Shown piece by piece: positions 22,941 through 32,243 of a DNA stretch of 64,000 nucleotides. The notes under the pieces were generated by a model. That model was given only the letters and a program-made list of their open reading frames with translations. It had not been told where the DNA came from and did not search any database. Source of the DNA: a virus; IMG/VR virus record IMGVR_UViG_3300032038_000071, positions 1 through 64,000 of that record. One strand, written 5' to 3'. The translations under genes and the position numbers were made by a program. Position 1 is the first letter of the stretch, and every line of letters starts with the position of its first letter.

Positions 22941-23080
22941 TATAAATAGTATTCCTCTCCGTTATTATCAACAAAACAATCAAGCATAGCCTCAACTAAT
23001 TCTGCAACAGTTATACCCTGTCTGTCTGCTGTATCTTCTAATGTAGCGACAGTTGTGTCATATACACCTATATTAGTCAT
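22940..23080 (-). CDS. small ORF (46 aa, MTNIGVYDTTVATLED...)
   Basis: Found by hand. GAGGAGGAATAATACT before the ATG at 23080. TAATG coupling to the next gene. Confidence 0.4.
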   Translation of the reverse strand: MTNIGVYDTTVATLEDTADRQGITVAELVEAMLDCFVDNNGEEYYL

Positions 23081-23084
23081 AGTA

Positions 23085-23402
23085 TTATTCCTCCTCATCT
23101 AACATATAACAATAATCAACTTCCCACTCACCTCTGTACCAATCAAGTCGTATATAGTTATCTGTACCATCAAGATTAGAAGCGAAAATAGAACTACCAA
23201 GCTGTCCTGGAATAAACGCTTTATTGTCACTGCTTACCTTGTAACTTCTTGATTCAAGGCTGTACTCTTCCTTCCAATTACTTGCTTTGTAGACAACAAC
23301 TCCGTATATTGAGTTCTTATCAGTTCCCTTACAAGTAATATTGTTGTCCTCATTGTGCTTCCATAAAGCATCTGTCATTTGTGTCCATGTGATTTTCTTC
23401 AT
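23085..23402 (-). CDS. hypothetical protein (105 aa)
   Basis: ORF track. Start moved to MKKITW (CAGGAGGACAAATAT before the ATG at 23402). Confidence 0.55.
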   Translation of the reverse strand: MKKITWTQMTDALWKHNEDNNITCKGTDKNSIYGVVVYKASNWKEEYSLESRSYKVSSDNKAFIPGQLGSSIFASNLDGTDNYIRLDWYRGEWEVDYCYMLDEEE

Positions 23403-23453
23403 ATATTTGTCCTCCTGTGATATATTGTAGTACACATTAACTACTGTGCTTAT

Positions 23454-23482
23454 AATATATCACAGGCATAAAACACTGTCAA
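23454..23482 (-). promoter_or_regulatory. promoter (TTGACA-N17-TATATT) with conserved leader
   Basis: On the minus strand, -35 at 23482-23477 and -10 at 23459-23454. Confidence 0.6.
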
Positions 23483-23515
23483 TAAAAATATTTATAAATT
23501 TTTTCAAATTTGTAC

Positions 23516-23550
23516 AAGATAGACTTGGCTGTTTACACCAAGTCTATCTT
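23516..23550 (-). terminator. strong hairpin after the clamp gene (terminator-like)
   Basis: Perfect 13-bp stem AAGATAGACTTGG / CCAAGTCTATCTT, 9-nt loop. The T-tract is better on the plus than on the minus strand. Confidence 0.5.
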
Positions 23551-23556
23551 TATTAT

Positions 23557-24633
23557 TTATGCTACAAAAAGTGCTATAACCTGTGTAATGCTTCCGTCTA
23601 CAAACTTTATCAACTTATCATTTCCATAGTGTATCTCCACTACATCACCTGAATATGATTTAAGCTGTGCTGTAAGAAGTGCTATATTTATCCAACACTC
23701 AAAATCATCACTTTTATCTGTATCTTCTGTGTAACATATATCTTCACAGCTTTTACCCGACTTGTTAGATACTGTAAGCGCACCGCTACCGAAACTCAAC
23801 TTAACAGGTGCAAGCTGTCTTGTTACATCATTGGCAAACAATGTCATTCTATCTAACAGATTAAGAAGTTCAGATTTATTTATCTTGCAGATATATGGGA
23901 AGTCCATTGAAAGTAATTCACTTAATGTCTGCGCTGGATACTCATTTATATCCATATTATTCTTTGAATATACTATACAACCTGTTCCTTTGAAAATAAC
24001 ATACTCATCACTCATTACCATATCTATTGTCTCATCAGTCATATTATCAAGTAAATCCATACACTCTGCTGATATGAGCATATCATCTGGACAAAGCCTG
24101 TTGGCAATCTCTGCAACCATATGTCTATTTGTAGCAAGTATTGTATCTCCTGCATAATACTGTGTGATTACAGGCATTTCCATTGTAGTTGCAAGTGAAC
24201 CTTTAAGTGATTCAAGTATTGTCTTAATAAGACTTAAACTTACGGTTGCTGTTCTTTTAGTTACCTGAGTATCTTCTACAGGGTTTGGGTACTTAATGAG
24301 CGTACCATTCTCATCTAATGGAAGTTCCAGTGTATATACACCATTACCCCTAACTTCAAGATTGCCATTCTCAATCTTCAACTCTGTATACTCACTTGTC
24401 ATTTTAGATATAAGTTTGGCAAATTGGTCTGCATATACTGTAGCTGAAAAATCTTCACCATCTATCTGATTTGTAATATACAGATAGTTTGTAGCATCTG
24501 TGGTGATGATAGATAACTCACCATCTTTCATTTCAATACCCATAAGCTGTGTTATAGGTATTAACTTGTTATTACCAACACCACTTGTTGCTTTTGCTAC
24601 CATTCCCTTTAATACTTCTGTGTTTACTTTCAT
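23557..24633 (-). CDS. dnaN: DNA polymerase III beta-type sliding clamp
   Basis: ORF track, 358 aa. DnaN-like size and N-terminus (MKVNTEVLKGMVAKAT...IPITQLMGIEMKDGELSIITTDATNY). Confidence 0.75.
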   Translation of the reverse strand: MKVNTEVLKGMVAKATSGVGNNKLIPITQLMGIEMKDGELSIITTDATNYLYITNQIDGEDFSATVYADQFAKLISKMTSEYTELKIENGNLEVRGNGVYTLELPLDENGTLIKYPNPVEDTQVTKRTATVSLSLIKTILESLKGSLATTMEMPVITQYYAGDTILATNRHMVAEIANRLCPDDMLISAECMDLLDNMTDETIDMVMSDEYVIFKGTGCIVYSKNNMDINEYPAQTLSELLSMDFPYICKINKSELLNLLDRMTLFANDVTRQLAPVKLSFGSGALTVSNKSGKSCEDICYTEDTDKSDDFECWINIALLTAQLKSYSGDVVEIHYGNDKLIKFVDGSITQVIALFVA

Positions 24634-24646
24634 TTCTGTTCCTCCT

Positions 24647-25849
24647 TTAGAATAAATTACAGTTCATTATTTTATTTAATGTATGCTCACCAATAATAGT
24701 ATTTTCATCTCCTATATATTCATGTGAATAACATATTCGTGTTAATGATTGTATGCAGGATTCTCTTGTGCTATTACGACCTTTAGGTCTAATCATTCTT
24801 TGTATTTCTTCCTCTGATATATCTTCTATATTCTTAACACGTTTTAAATTACTCGAAGTTGGTCTCCACAATGAACTACGTTGTCTATATTCGCCTATTA
24901 TAGGATTAGCAGTTTTTGAAAAATATCTATATCCTTGAGAAATATACAATTCAGCCATATATTCAGATAATTTTCTTCCTATACCTATTCCTTGATAATC
25001 TGGTAAAACTACAGTTCTATGCTCACTTACACAAATACGCTTATCCGTTTTACTAAATCTTCCAGGCATAGCAATAACCGCACCGAACGCTATTGGTAAC
25101 ATATTGTAAGTAACCAAATAACAATCAGATGATGGGTTCAAATCAGCACTTAAATAGTGATAGGGCTTAAACATATACCAAATTTGCTTGGAACACTGAT
25201 GGACGTCAAGAACAATCTGCGGTCTTTGCCTGACACACCTCCCCACAGATAACTTTTTAGTATCTGTGTTATATATCCAATCTGGCTGTAAATATTCAAT
25301 TATATCATCGTGACAACTGGCAAATACAATATTTTTTAAATCGTGCTTTCTTATATATTTAGCTATACTAACACTACAACTTATGGCACACTCTCTATTA
25401 ACAACCGATGTAAACTCATCAATAACTGAATTACTTTTTAACTTTCTGGCTACATCACATCTAAATTTTTCACCTGTTGATAACACCTGATACGGTTTTA
25501 ACCACGTGATTATAGAATTAAATCCTACTGCACCTAATTTCTCACACGCATCATCAAAATTGTCAAAATGATTAGCCACACATTCATCACTTTTCCATTC
25601 ATTATCAGTATCATCACCAAATAACTTTAATAATGAAGATTTACCAGAACCACTTGAACCAACAATTAATCCAATATTAAACTCTTTTGGAAAATCTGGT
25701 ATATTTATTTCTGTAACGATTTCACCATCAAAATCAAAATCAAATGAATTTGAAATTCTATCAGTTATTTCATTTTGATTGATATGTGACTTTAAAGTTA
25801 TGACGTTTGATTTTTTTACAGTAATATCAAACAATTTTCCTTCGTTCAT
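24647..25849 (-). CDS. ABC-type ATPase fused to a GNAT acetyltransferase domain
   Basis: ORF track, 400 aa. Walker A GSSGSGKSS, signature-like LSTGEKFRCDVARKL, Walker B VIDEFTS, SCHDD. C-terminal GNAT motif A RTVVLPDYQGIGIGRKL. Confidence 0.65.
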   Translation of the reverse strand: MNEGKLFDITVKKSNVITLKSHINQNEITDRISNSFDFDFDGEIVTEINIPDFPKEFNIGLIVGSSGSGKSSLLKLFGDDTDNEWKSDECVANHFDNFDDACEKLGAVGFNSIITWLKPYQVLSTGEKFRCDVARKLKSNSVIDEFTSVVNRECAISCSVSIAKYIRKHDLKNIVFASCHDDIIEYLQPDWIYNTDTKKLSVGRCVRQRPQIVLDVHQCSKQIWYMFKPYHYLSADLNPSSDCYLVTYNMLPIAFGAVIAMPGRFSKTDKRICVSEHRTVVLPDYQGIGIGRKLSEYMAELYISQGYRYFSKTANPIIGEYRQRSSLWRPTSSNLKRVKNIEDISEEEIQRMIRPKGRNSTRESCIQSLTRICYSHEYIGDENTIIGEHTLNKIMNCNLF

Positions 25850-25861
25850 AAACTCTCTCCC

Positions 25862-28156
25862 TTATGATATTTCAATCTCATCACCGTACCATGCCTTTGT
25901 AATCTCTACATCGCACTTTATAGGCATTTCAAGTATCTTTTCAGCCGCCTTACTCATTGTTTCTGCTAATAGCTTTGAACATTCTTTAACATTCTCTTCA
26001 GGACACTCTGCTATAACTTCATCGTGTACTGGAATAAGAAGTCTGAAACCTAATTCTTTAAGTCTCTGGTTGTTATTCAACTCTATCATAGCTAACTTTG
26101 TAAGGTCTGCGGCACTTCCCTGTATTCTACTGTTTACACATTGTCTTGTAGCATCTGCAATCTTACCACCATTATCTACTATCCATATATCTTCTTCATT
26201 TGCCTTTTCAAAGATTTTTCTTTTCTCTCCGAATTTTGCTTTGTGAAGCTGTGTAAGATATTTTCTTATGATACGTTCTGGTATCTCTGTTTCTGCTTCA
26301 TCATCAAAGTCTAACACATCTACAGTAGGTGCAACACCATTCTTCCACTTAAACTCATACTCATCAAGCTGTAAATCTGGTAGTCTACGTTTTCTACCAC
26401 ATACAGTTGTTACATAACCTGTTTCATATGCCATATCAAGACTTTCATCTTCAAACTTCTTTATAGCAGGAAAACCTCTGAATACGCTGTCTTTTATAGC
26501 TTGTGCTTTTTCAGGTGTGCAATTAAGCTGTTCGGCTATACTGTTTACACCTCTGCCATAAAGCACTCCTAACAAGATACTCTTTGCTTGTGTTCTTCTT
26601 TCTTTACCAGCTTTATTTGTAGTACCATCAGCATTAAACTCCCGGCATTCTTCATAAGGTTTATTAAATGCCTTACTTGCAATTTCAGAATACAAATCCT
26701 TGCCCTGCATAAATGTGTTATACATCTGACTATCACCATCTTTTCTACAAAGAGCGGCAAGACATTTTGGTTCTTGCTGTGAGAAGTCACTCGACATTAA
26801 TACATATCCGTCTGATGCAACGAACATCTTACGAATATCTTTGTTATGACTTGGAATGTTCTGTAGATTAGGGTCACTACTTGACATTCTACCTGTATTA
26901 GCACCATATTGATTGAAGCTACAATGTATTCTACCATCCTTCGGATTTACACACTCCGGTAACTTATCAATATATGTGCTTATCAATTTCTCCACTTCTC
27001 TATATTCTAGTATTGAATTAGCAAGAGGGCTGTCCATCTTTCTCAGAATATCTACACCTGTACCTCTTGGTGATTTACTGTCAATCACATCATATCCAAG
27101 TATATCATAGAATAAAATTGCAAGCTGTGTAGGACTTGCTATATTGATAGGGTTATCTAACTTACAATCAGTGTGCTTTAATCTGTATGTTGTAATCTTA
27201 TCATTATAAGCGTTTAAATGCTCATAGAACGCATTTAGTTTGTCTTTTAGTATATTATTATATCTTTCAGATAAAACTTGATTATAAGTCAAATCAAAGA
27301 GTATTCCGTTATCTTCCATATCACAACATACTTTTACACAAGGCATTTCTATATTCTTAAATACCCAATATAGCTTTCTCATATCTTCCCTATCGCTGTC
27401 TGCTCTGAGATACTTTCGCTGATAATCATATAATTCATATGTAATCTCTGGGTCATGTGCGGCATACAGAACTGCTGTCTGTAAAGGAACAAGAGTAAAT
27501 GGTATTCCTTTAAACAACTCTTCAAATGTAAACGCATCTTCTTCGCCATTAAGCACATATTTCTGATGTAACTTTTTAAGTGCATTTGTTGGTTCATTTT
27601 CATTAAGCAATCTCTGTGCTAAATAACAATCCCAAGTACAGTATATGTCTTTAAGTCCAACTTGATTGCGTAAAAATCTTATATCAAACTTTGCGTTGAA
27701 CATGATTATATCTGTATTAGATTTAATCATTCGGTCAAACTCAGCTTTGATTATATCTACACTCAACTGGTCTGGCACAACCATATTTGTTATAAAACTC
27801 ACATGATTTATTGGTATGTATGCTCCAGGCATATTCGATGTATAGATACATATTCCAGCTATCTCATCTTGTAACGGGTCAAGCCCTGTTGTTTCTGTAT
27901 CTATACTTATAACTCCATTATCAATGCACTTGTTAAGATATTTTACCAACGACATTGTATCTTGAATAAGTATGTATTTATCCTTAAACTTTCCAAGATG
28001 TGTTTCAACCAATTTCTGTGCCTGAGTTATTCTATCAAGTAAGCTGTTCCCACCTCTTACAGTAGGAACAGCTTTTCTTGTGGAATTAGACTGCTTTGCT
28101 AACTTCATATCGTTAGTTTTACTATTTGCTCTTGTAGGAATTTCAAATAGTGCCAT
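25862..28156 (-). CDS. polA: family A DNA polymerase with 3-5 exonuclease domain
   Basis: ORF track, 764 aa. Exo I ISIDTETTGLDP, motif A SDFSQQEPK, motif B RRTQAKSILLGVLYG, motif C IPVHDEVI. Confidence 0.95.
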   Translation of the reverse strand: MALFEIPTRANSKTNDMKLAKQSNSTRKAVPTVRGGNSLLDRITQAQKLVETHLGKFKDKYILIQDTMSLVKYLNKCIDNGVISIDTETTGLDPLQDEIAGICIYTSNMPGAYIPINHVSFITNMVVPDQLSVDIIKAEFDRMIKSNTDIIMFNAKFDIRFLRNQVGLKDIYCTWDCYLAQRLLNENEPTNALKKLHQKYVLNGEEDAFTFEELFKGIPFTLVPLQTAVLYAAHDPEITYELYDYQRKYLRADSDREDMRKLYWVFKNIEMPCVKVCCDMEDNGILFDLTYNQVLSERYNNILKDKLNAFYEHLNAYNDKITTYRLKHTDCKLDNPINIASPTQLAILFYDILGYDVIDSKSPRGTGVDILRKMDSPLANSILEYREVEKLISTYIDKLPECVNPKDGRIHCSFNQYGANTGRMSSSDPNLQNIPSHNKDIRKMFVASDGYVLMSSDFSQQEPKCLAALCRKDGDSQMYNTFMQGKDLYSEIASKAFNKPYEECREFNADGTTNKAGKERRTQAKSILLGVLYGRGVNSIAEQLNCTPEKAQAIKDSVFRGFPAIKKFEDESLDMAYETGYVTTVCGRKRRLPDLQLDEYEFKWKNGVAPTVDVLDFDDEAETEIPERIIRKYLTQLHKAKFGEKRKIFEKANEEDIWIVDNGGKIADATRQCVNSRIQGSAADLTKLAMIELNNNQRLKELGFRLLIPVHDEVIAECPEENVKECSKLLAETMSKAAEKILEMPIKCDVEITKAWYGDEIEIS

Positions 28157-28170
28157 CTAATTATCTCCTT

Positions 28171-28854
28171 TTAAAATCTTCTGTCGTTATCGTTTGCAGG
28201 TGTCCTTCTGCCAGGTCTACGTCTTGGCATTTCATCTTCTGCTGATTCTTCATTCCTTGCAGTACGTCTTACCGGTGCTTCACTATCTGTTGGTGGAAAA
28301 TATCCTTCTGATAAATAGAATTCCATATCTTCTGCTGACTTATCGAGAATAACACTGCCAAGTACCTCTGGAATATCAAAATCCTCTATCTGTGTATCGT
28401 CAGCCGGATCCTCAGTTCTGTAAATCTCATAAGTAGTCTTTGTGTCTTTTGGCTTACCGTGTCTCTCTATCTCAAATATCTGTGATACAATAGGTGCTTT
28501 ATTGTATCTTGCACAAATACCAGAAATTTTACTAAAGAATGTCTTACCACGTTCCCAAAGCTGTACTTTATCCTCATCAATATTGTATACAGGGATAAAC
28601 AGCTTTGCTACCTGAAACTTCTTTGCTTTACAGAATGGACAATCATCAACTGGCTGGTTGTATTCCCTTATACAGTTGACATACCTCTTCTTTCCATCAA
28701 TCTCTACTTCATGCACAGCATATCCTTCAATATCATCGGCTGTGTTGTAGAGAAATCTGACAGAAGCTACATCCATATCATTCTGTAATGAGAAGAATCC
28801 TGCTCCGCCCTTTCCACCATACTTGTCAACAGTGTCTGCATTAAATCGTGCCAT
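28171..28854 (-). CDS. putative ssDNA-binding protein (Zn-knuckle type)
   Basis: ORF track, 227 aa. Directly downstream of polA. H...C....CPFC cluster, disordered acidic/basic C-terminal tail ending in RRF. Weak call. Confidence 0.4.
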   Translation of the reverse strand: MARFNADTVDKYGGKGGAGFFSLQNDMDVASVRFLYNTADDIEGYAVHEVEIDGKKRYVNCIREYNQPVDDCPFCKAKKFQVAKLFIPVYNIDEDKVQLWERGKTFFSKISGICARYNKAPIVSQIFEIERHGKPKDTKTTYEIYRTEDPADDTQIEDFDIPEVLGSVILDKSAEDMEFYLSEGYFPPTDSEAPVRRTARNEESAEDEMPRRRPGRRTPANDNDRRF

Positions 28855-28899
28855 AGTTTTTACCTCTCTTTCGTTTTTATAGTTTTATGGCTTTATATA

Positions 28900-29301
28900 C
28901 TAATCCTCTGTAAAGAGGTCAGCTACTGTATTAATAACTTCAAAGGCATCTGTAAGTAGAAATCTTGTTACGTTGTATTCAAGTCCAAGTGCCTCTTTTA
29001 CTTCATCTGTCATATCAACTTTTAAATTATCATCTTCTATGGAGAAGATAATGCGCTCATCGTCAATGTCAACCTTAATACCATCTGCAAAGTATTCAAC
29101 TTTACCTCTTTTAAAGAGAGTTGCTATAGTGTCTCTATACTGATAGATAGAATTGCACTTTACATAGTTGTCATTAAAATATTCCAGCTTTATTGTGCTT
29201 TCTACTCCTATAATACTCTGCAACTTTACAGTCTGTCCTATCTTTGTTACTTTCTCAACATACTTATTGAACTTATTAAAGTAATACTCGCCAACTTTCA
29301 T
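28900..29301 (-). CDS. hypothetical protein (133 aa)
   Basis: ORF track. Confidence 0.55.
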   Translation of the reverse strand: MKVGEYYFNKFNKYVEKVTKIGQTVKLQSIIGVESTIKLEYFNDNYVKCNSIYQYRDTIATLFKRGKVEYFADGIKVDIDDERIIFSIEDDNLKVDMTDEVKEALGLEYNVTRFLLTDAFEVINTVADLFTED

Positions 29302-29303
29302 AT

Positions 29304-29528
29304 CTACACCTCCATATCACCAAAGGTGTCATTTACACCTCTTGCTGTCACTGATAATACGGCAAGTGTCTGTGCTGTATTAAAATCTTTGTGTACAGCG
29401 GCATACTTATCACAGATGCTTCCAACAACACTCATTATTGTAAACACATCATAGTCGAGTAGTATGTTTGACAGATTTTCTGCTACTTCAAGTTCCTTTG
29501 AGTTAATAAATTCCATTACTGTTTTCAT
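29304..29528 (-). CDS. hypothetical protein (74 aa)
   Basis: ORF track; first gene after the promoter at 29588-29616. Confidence 0.55.
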   Translation of the reverse strand: MKTVMEFINSKELEVAENLSNILLDYDVFTIMSVVGSICDKYAAVHKDFNTAQTLAVLSVTARGVNDTFGDMEV

Positions 29529-29587
29529 TTCTTTTCTCCTTTACGTTTCTATAGTGTTTATAGTGTCTGTAGTTGTCTACATTGAAT

Positions 29588-29616
29588 ATTGTACTACACA
29601 TTATATTATATGTCAA
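29588..29616 (-). promoter_or_regulatory. promoter (TTGACA-N17-TACAAT) with AATGTGTAG box
   Basis: On the minus strand, -35 at 29616-29611 and -10 at 29593-29588. Confidence 0.65.
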
Positions 29617-29625
29617 CAAAAATAT

Positions 29626-30933
29626 TTATAAATTTTTTATACTCTTTTCAAGTGCATCTACTAAATCTAAATCATCAAACCACAATGCACGTACCTGCTT
29701 ATCTTTTCTTACTGGATTTACTATACTGCCACCTAAAAGATAATCAACGTGGTCTACAAGATTAGATTTCAGATTAAGGACATACTCATTAGGATAATAA
29801 TTTTCCATATATATTCTGAATATGGTATCATCGTACTTCTTTTCTTTTATCCACTTTTCATACTGCGGGTCATGCCATACCCACTTGTTAAACCACTCTA
29901 CATATGACTTTACTATCTTTGTTGGAATGTAGATACATGGAAATGAATACCACATCTTTAAGCCATTTGAATCACCCGGAACCCATTTCTTCATTTCATC
30001 ATAATAAGAAGCAAAACCACAAACTGTAAAATCTTTACTTAACTCCTTTGTTCGTTCTGCAAAATCTCTACATATTATTACATCATCTTGTAAATGCCAT
30101 ATTCCGTCTACGCTCATCTTTGATGCTTGCGTAAAGCTGTCTACAGAACTCTTTAAACAGCCCTGTTTTTGCCTATCAACATACACTATGATATTCTCAT
30201 TCTTTATCCCCTGTTCTAACATAGACGGTATCAGATAATCATTAACATACCATTCTCTCTGTAAGCAGGTGTGTATCATATATAATGACTTTATTGTCTT
30301 TACAAAAGGTTCTATCTTCTCTACGTCTTTTGGTTCATCTATATCGCAAGTATAATCATTTATAGCTGTATAGTTTGTATAATCAATCTTGTTTATCTCT
30401 GTACCTTTAATTACTTGCCATAATTCCCATGCTATAGGCTCTCTTCTAAACTTTTTCTGTTCGTGTAAAGTCTGTATTTCTTTAAGACTATTCTGGAAAT
30501 GTTGTAAATCTACAACTTTAAAGGCAAAAGGTTCTGCATAAGGCTTACTATAATTCTTTGCAAACGGTGGCGCTGATGCAAAGAACTCTATATCATCTGT
30601 TTCTGTTTTCACTATTGTTTGTATAGCTTCTTCCGAAAACACTACATCACCAAAGATATAGCATACAGGTTCTTTAGTTTTATAAAATCCGTTATACCAC
30701 CCACCTGTTGATACACCCGGTCTTATTACAGTCCAGTTATTATCAGACTTTAATACGGGAACACCAAGTCCTTCAAATCTGCTGTCATTACTGCTGATAG
30801 CTATATCTTCTACTCCGGCTTCTCTTAACAGTCTTATTGTTCTGACTACAATAGGTTCATTGTTTATTCGAGTAAGTTGTCTTGGTTCTTTCCATATCTG
30901 ATAATTACCGCCACACATTATAATATATTTCAT
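29626..30933 (-). CDS. two-domain protein: N-terminal nucleotidyltransferase-like domain plus an unidentified C-terminal (possible glycosyl- or phospho-transferase) domain
   Basis: ORF track, 435 aa. N-terminus MKYIIMCGG....PRQLTRINNEPIVVRTIRLL resembles NTP_transf_3 / sugar-phosphate nucleotidyltransferases. The C-terminal half has WHLQDDVIICRDF (DxD-like). Confidence 0.5.
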   Translation of the reverse strand: MKYIIMCGGNYQIWKEPRQLTRINNEPIVVRTIRLLREAGVEDIAISSNDSRFEGLGVPVLKSDNNWTVIRPGVSTGGWYNGFYKTKEPVCYIFGDVVFSEEAIQTIVKTETDDIEFFASAPPFAKNYSKPYAEPFAFKVVDLQHFQNSLKEIQTLHEQKKFRREPIAWELWQVIKGTEINKIDYTNYTAINDYTCDIDEPKDVEKIEPFVKTIKSLYMIHTCLQREWYVNDYLIPSMLEQGIKNENIIVYVDRQKQGCLKSSVDSFTQASKMSVDGIWHLQDDVIICRDFAERTKELSKDFTVCGFASYYDEMKKWVPGDSNGLKMWYSFPCIYIPTKIVKSYVEWFNKWVWHDPQYEKWIKEKKYDDTIFRIYMENYYPNEYVLNLKSNLVDHVDYLLGGSIVNPVRKDKQVRALWFDDLDLVDALEKSIKNL

Positions 30934-30934
30934 A

Positions 30935-31075
30935 TTACTTCTCCTCTTTATATTGCCTTACTGCATCAATAGCAATATCTAACCATATAACTGCATATCC
31001 TCTAGCTTTATTTCTTAATTCTTCAAGATAATATATGGTTTATCTTATATCTTCATCAGAATCTCTTGTCATCAT
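30935..31075 (-). pseudogene. mini-ORF (46 sense codons) interrupted by an in-frame TAA at 31042-31040
   Basis: Found by hand. ATGATGA overlap with the upstream stop and TAATATG junction with the downstream start. Reads MMTRDSDEDIR*TIYYLEELRNKARGYAVIWLDIAIDAVRQYKEEK. Confidence 0.3.
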
Positions 31076-31269
31076 TCTTCCCTCACCTTCTGTTTTATCC
31101 ATTCTTCCATAGCATCATTAAACTTCTTCACCTCTTCTGGGTGATAATACATATACATAGGACATTGATATACTGCCTCCTGTATGAATGACGTACATCC
31201 ACAATCAGGATCATTCCAACTACATTTCATACAAAATTTTCTGTAATCATCCATTCTCTTCTTCCTCAC
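31072..31269 (-). CDS. small Cys-rich protein (65 aa)
   Basis: ORF track. Confidence 0.5.
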   Translation of the reverse strand: MRKKRMDDYRKFCMKCSWNDPDCGCTSFIQEAVYQCPMYMYYHPEEVKKFNDAMEEWIKQKVREE

Positions 31270-31469
31270 TTTCCATCATAATCCCAATTAAGTTTATGAT
31301 TAACTTCGTTGAGGTCTCGTCTTAATTTAATAATATCGGCTTGTATAACTGTATGATGATTGTCGTACGGAGAGTCCTTGTAACTTCTCTCGGTATACTT
31401 AACAATCCTATCAAGTGATTCTTTGCAATACTTAAGGTCTGATATAACCTCTTCTTTTGTTGCACTCAT
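31266..31469 (-). CDS. hypothetical protein (67 aa)
   Basis: ORF track; 4-nt overlaps. Confidence 0.5.
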   Translation of the reverse strand: MSATKEEVISDLKYCKESLDRIVKYTERSYKDSPYDNHHTVIQADIIKLRRDLNEVNHKLNWDYDGK

Positions 31470-31753
31470 TTTTCTTCCCCCTTATCTGCCTCTATGATGG
31501 TTGGTGCATGTAGTATATCTATTTCGGGAATTACAGTATCTCCATTTTTCAGATGATAAAGAAATGGTCGTATTTCTGGTCTGACAAGTTTATCCGCATC
31601 AATCAAATTTCCATGTCCTTTTGGTAATGGCGTGCCATTTCTTAAGGCTTCCCTTAAATGAAGTAATGCACTCAGAGGGATTGTATTTTCTCCTGTTAGT
31701 GTAAGGTCATTATAATTTTCTTCGTCTATCTCAATTACTATCTGCATATTCAC
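31466..31753 (-). CDS. hypothetical protein (95 aa) with PLPKGHGNLIDADKL motif
   Basis: ORF track; the motif recurs in many phage small proteins (from memory). Confidence 0.5.
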   Translation of the reverse strand: MNMQIVIEIDEENYNDLTLTGENTIPLSALLHLREALRNGTPLPKGHGNLIDADKLVRPEIRPFLYHLKNGDTVIPEIDILHAPTIIEADKGEEK

Positions 31754-31756
31754 TCC

Positions 31757-32071
31757 TCACTTTCTGTCTACCATAGGCTTAACCCACATATCGAGACTTG
31801 CCCTATATACTCCAAAATACTCATCGTATTCTGTTTCTATCGGCAACTCCATGATTGAATCCTCAAATACCTTAACCATTCTACGTACAAGTAAAGGCGA
31901 AATAATATCTTTGGGCATATTTACTACTTCTTTCGCACTAACCGTACTTCGTAATCTCAAATGGTTCAATTCGGTTGTACATGCTAGATGTTTCACAGGA
32001 AATTGTCTTTTATAAAAATATATTTCATTTTTTAACGCTCTAATGATGTTGACTTTCCTTTCTCTCCTCAT
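31757..32071 (-). CDS. hypothetical protein (104 aa)
   Basis: ORF track. Confidence 0.5.
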   Translation of the reverse strand: MRRERKVNIIRALKNEIYFYKRQFPVKHLACTTELNHLRLRSTVSAKEVVNMPKDIISPLLVRRMVKVFEDSIMELPIETEYDEYFGVYRASLDMWVKPMVDRK

Positions 32072-32098
32072 TCTTCTCCCTACCTATCTGCCTATAAT

Positions 32099-32242
32099 TC
32101 AAAATTGCTCTCTATAAACACATTCGTTCATATATTCTTCTGCCTGTGCTTCTTTATACTCTATATATTCTCGTCTTGCTTCTTCCTCAGTCATTTCTCC
32201 ACTTTCAACAAGTTTATCTAACCTTTCGTATACCCAATCCAT
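32099..32242 (-). CDS. hypothetical protein (47 aa; shortened)
   Basis: The track ORF overlaps the upstream gene by 62 nt. The ATG at 32242 (MDWVYERL) follows GTGAGGGATAAT and forms a TAATATG junction. Confidence 0.4.
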   Translation of the reverse strand: MDWVYERLDKLVESGEMTEEEARREYIEYKEAQAEEYMNECVYREQF

Positions 32243-32243
32243 A

